Position numbers and translations under genes: made by a program. 64,000 nt of DNA from Cirrosporium novae-zelandiae (lineage: Eukaryota), in NCBI GenBank assembly GCA_026023565.1, contig JAPETS010000018.1, positions 372,001-436,000 on the forward strand. Reading direction: 5' to 3'. Below are positions 61,201-64,000 of this stretch, piece after piece. Each line of letters starts with the position of its first letter. Position 1 is the first letter of the stretch. Below the pieces are notes generated by a model. That model was not told the origin of the DNA. It made no database searches and saw nothing but the letters and a program-made list of their open reading frames with translations.

Positions 61201-64000
61201 CAGCAGCAGTCTCTTTAGCCATGTGACGGGCGGCATTTCGAACCTTGTTCTCATCCGGCTCCATGGCAAAATCCTTAAGAATGAGTTGAGCGGTTGATAT
61301 GGTAGCTATTGTGACTGAACGTTCGACAACCGGGGCGATGATTTCATTAATAGCCTTATTGGCTGCGGTAAGAAGAATCTGGTGGACACGTTCAGGATCA
61401 GCAATGCTATTGTTGGCCATAGCTGGAAATTTAAGGCGTGGTTCAAGGTTCTCAAGCGACGACGTGATGGCGGCAGTTGATATCCTCTCGTTTCGTGCTC
61501 CACGGTCAATGCTACCGAGAGTCATATTTTCAAAGCCCTCTAGGCCGTTTGGAATCATGGCAGTGGGGAAATCATCTTCAATTTGAGGTCGTTCTCGAAT
61601 AGCAGTTGATGGGACTATGGTTTTGTGCTCTATATTGATCTCCTTGCAAAGCACCTCAATTTCGAATTTCAAGTTGAGTTTCAATTCTGCAAATTGATAA
61701 AGCTCTATTAACAGTCGGATGATATCCATTAACCAGGGATTAGGAGGTTGGAATACAATCGAATCCTTGGCGTGAACTAGGACTTTGCACGTAAATGGTA
61801 TCACGACTAGTAACCGTTGAGTATCATATGCCTCGATTAAAAGGTCTTTAAAGTAGATATTTTTATGTTTAATAGGCTTGTTCCGAGCCAAGGTCAAAGA
61901 ACCGAGCCAACTGCCTAAGTTTTTTAGGTGGGTTCTCTCGGTTGAAGAATTCATTACTGAGTCAGCATTAAGCATTCGTATAACACTCACATATGTCTCT
62001 CGAAGGACTTCAGTCCAAAGAACCTTTTCTCCGCACATCTCTAGGAGATCGAGATATAGTGGTTGAAAATTTGGTTGAACTTTGGCACGCTGATCGACAA
62101 CATATGCTGCAAGCCATTGGTAGTGCTTTTCTTCGATAACTTCTTTGAGGTCTTTGAGTTTTGCGGCAAGATTCTGCTCTGAGACATTATTTAGGCAGAA
62201 CAACACTTTATCTTGAACTTCTTCATCGGGATCTTCGTAAAACCCCGCACGAGATGGAGGATCAACATGGAGAGAGCGAAATTTGTGATTTTGTGCTTCC
62301 GCTGAGAGGAATTCTTCGCCATTTCCATTCTGGAGGGCTGAGTTGTCACCAAACCCATTGACATCCACAACATCAGCAACATTACCGTCACCGCTCTGGG
62401 TAGGATCATTCTGATGGGCATCAAGGACTTCTTGGGCTTTTTGTAACACCGCAGTATCCCCTAGGTCTGGGACTTGTGTGAGACGTGCGCAGAGGTTCGG
62501 CCATTCATGAAGCCTGTCCAGAGATTGCTCAAGCGCCTCTACACCAAATTTATACATGGGAGTTCCGGCAGGATGCTCTCGAACAGCATCAAGAATCATT
62601 CCTAGAGCAGCTCGCAATGGGACACCAGCAATGAGCTTGTAATTGATAATTCCTCCGAATATCATCGCCGTCTTCTTCAAAGCTTCCAAAGGATATGTGT
62701 CGTACATATAATATTCATCCAGTAATCCATGAACCATGCATGCAAACAGATCTTGGTCATCAGGGTCACGTGAATTTTTGTATTTTCTCATGAGATCAAG
62801 AACTCCTTTTTCACTGAGTTCATCTCGGTACATCTTACCATATGTTTCTTGCATTTTCTGGTCGATAGATTTGGGGATTATATTAGCCCTTTCACCATTA
62901 GCATCAATAACCTCGTCAAACCCTTGGTTATAATTTATCAGTCTAGGATAAGCTGGAATACAGTGACGTATCAACTTCAGGCCCTCATCGTCTGTACTTG
63001 CATGAAGCAAGAAAATTTCTAGAAGAGCGTTGACAGTTTTGATGGCGAGAGGAATAGTCAGCGGTGGTACTTGCTGAGGTGGTTGCTGGTCACGGCCAGT
63101 TTGCATTCGAAGCTCGTCATCAGCTTTGATGGTCATGAATCTGGAGAGAAAATCGCTGAATTCCCTAAACCCGTGTGCAGCTATTCTGCGGTCCGCCCAA
63201 GCTTCCAGGTCAACCTCTTCTCGTTTATGACCAAGCGCTGCTAAATCAAATGCAAATAGGGTTTGCATCCTCAACAGGTCGTTTATCCAGCCATGCTCCA
63301 GTGCATGATCCAACAACAATGGGAGCTGCATAGGATCGTCCATGTGCAGGTGGTACATTCTTGTCGCTAAAAACCGCTCGTCCTGTTTCCATGCACTATA
63401 GAGCACAAATTGGTAGCCTTCGGTCAACTTGAAGATGAAGGGGTCTATGTATTGGACCATTATTATTGTCTGGGTCGGGGTCCATTCCCTTGGCACATGA
63501 AACCCCGAACAAACAAAAGCAGCTGAATTTGGAGTAAGGACTTCGTGCAAGAAAGAATAACTTGCGGGCGTTTCTAAGCTTTGATCTGACTCAAGCATTA
63601 TGCTAAAAACAGCTCTAACAGCCTCAAGCGATCGAAAAGGACTGCTTTGTAACTTGGCAGCCATCTCTTTAACGGTATCTGGCGCATCAACGAAATCTTC
63701 AAGATCGAAACTAGATCGGAAACGAGGTATTTTTGATATGTCAACTTGATCTGAAGTTGAGCTCAAGAATGCTCGAACAAAAGATAGTTGTGTAAAACCA
63801 AAATGCCACCTGCCTCCCCAGAGAGCTTGAATGTCGAAGTGTTCGTCCTCATGGGATACTTGAAGAAGTGCATTGAATAGACAAGAGAATCGGTCCGAGT
63901 CAACTCTGACATGCTCTTGGTCGAAGTAATGGGTAACTGATTGCCAACTGATCTGCCGTCTCGATGGTATCTGTAGAATGGCTTTGATAAAAGTCGTTGG
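58250..64000 (-). CDS. NOT1: CCR4-NOT scaffold Not1 (5' end outside window)
   Basis: Open frame from the window edge to 59348, then exons 59300-58401 and 58312-58250. Motifs DKVLFCLNN, LKNLGSWLG, LKLNLKFEIEVL, PVVERSVTIA, HHDFPEFL, NQLRFPNSHT, PHPWGL. Confidence 0.97.

Overview
Eukaryotic DNA from a filamentous ascomycete (Pezizomycotina), judged from short GT-AG introns with CTAAC/CTGAC branch sites and RIP-type mutation. Conserved genes: an intron-containing tRNA-Lys(TTT), DASH subunit Duo1, endonuclease G (Nuc1), a ZIP metal transporter, NFKBIL1-like and NSRP1/CCDC55-like genes, a SurE-TTL fusion (Pby1-like), an HMT1-like half ABC transporter, an SDR, seipin and the 3' part of Not1. There are two accessory zones. 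The first (~1.5-10.6 kb) holds a broken gene combining an N-terminal PIP box with a GIY-YIG-like nuclease, interrupted by a 206-bp CAC...GTG MITE, plus a stand-alone ET-domain gene and a pseudogene. The second (~24-39 kb) has no intact gene. It holds a complete, heavily RIP-mutated Ty3/Gypsy element with 102-bp LTRs and a probable extra ORF, a related solo LTR apparently at the same CCTG target site, a possible NLR-like relic and a degenerate ~0.5-kb tandem array. I see no clear-cut new multi-gene system; the best leads are the PIP-GIY-YIG locus and the LTR cluster. All calls come from reading the sequence by eye; no searches were run.
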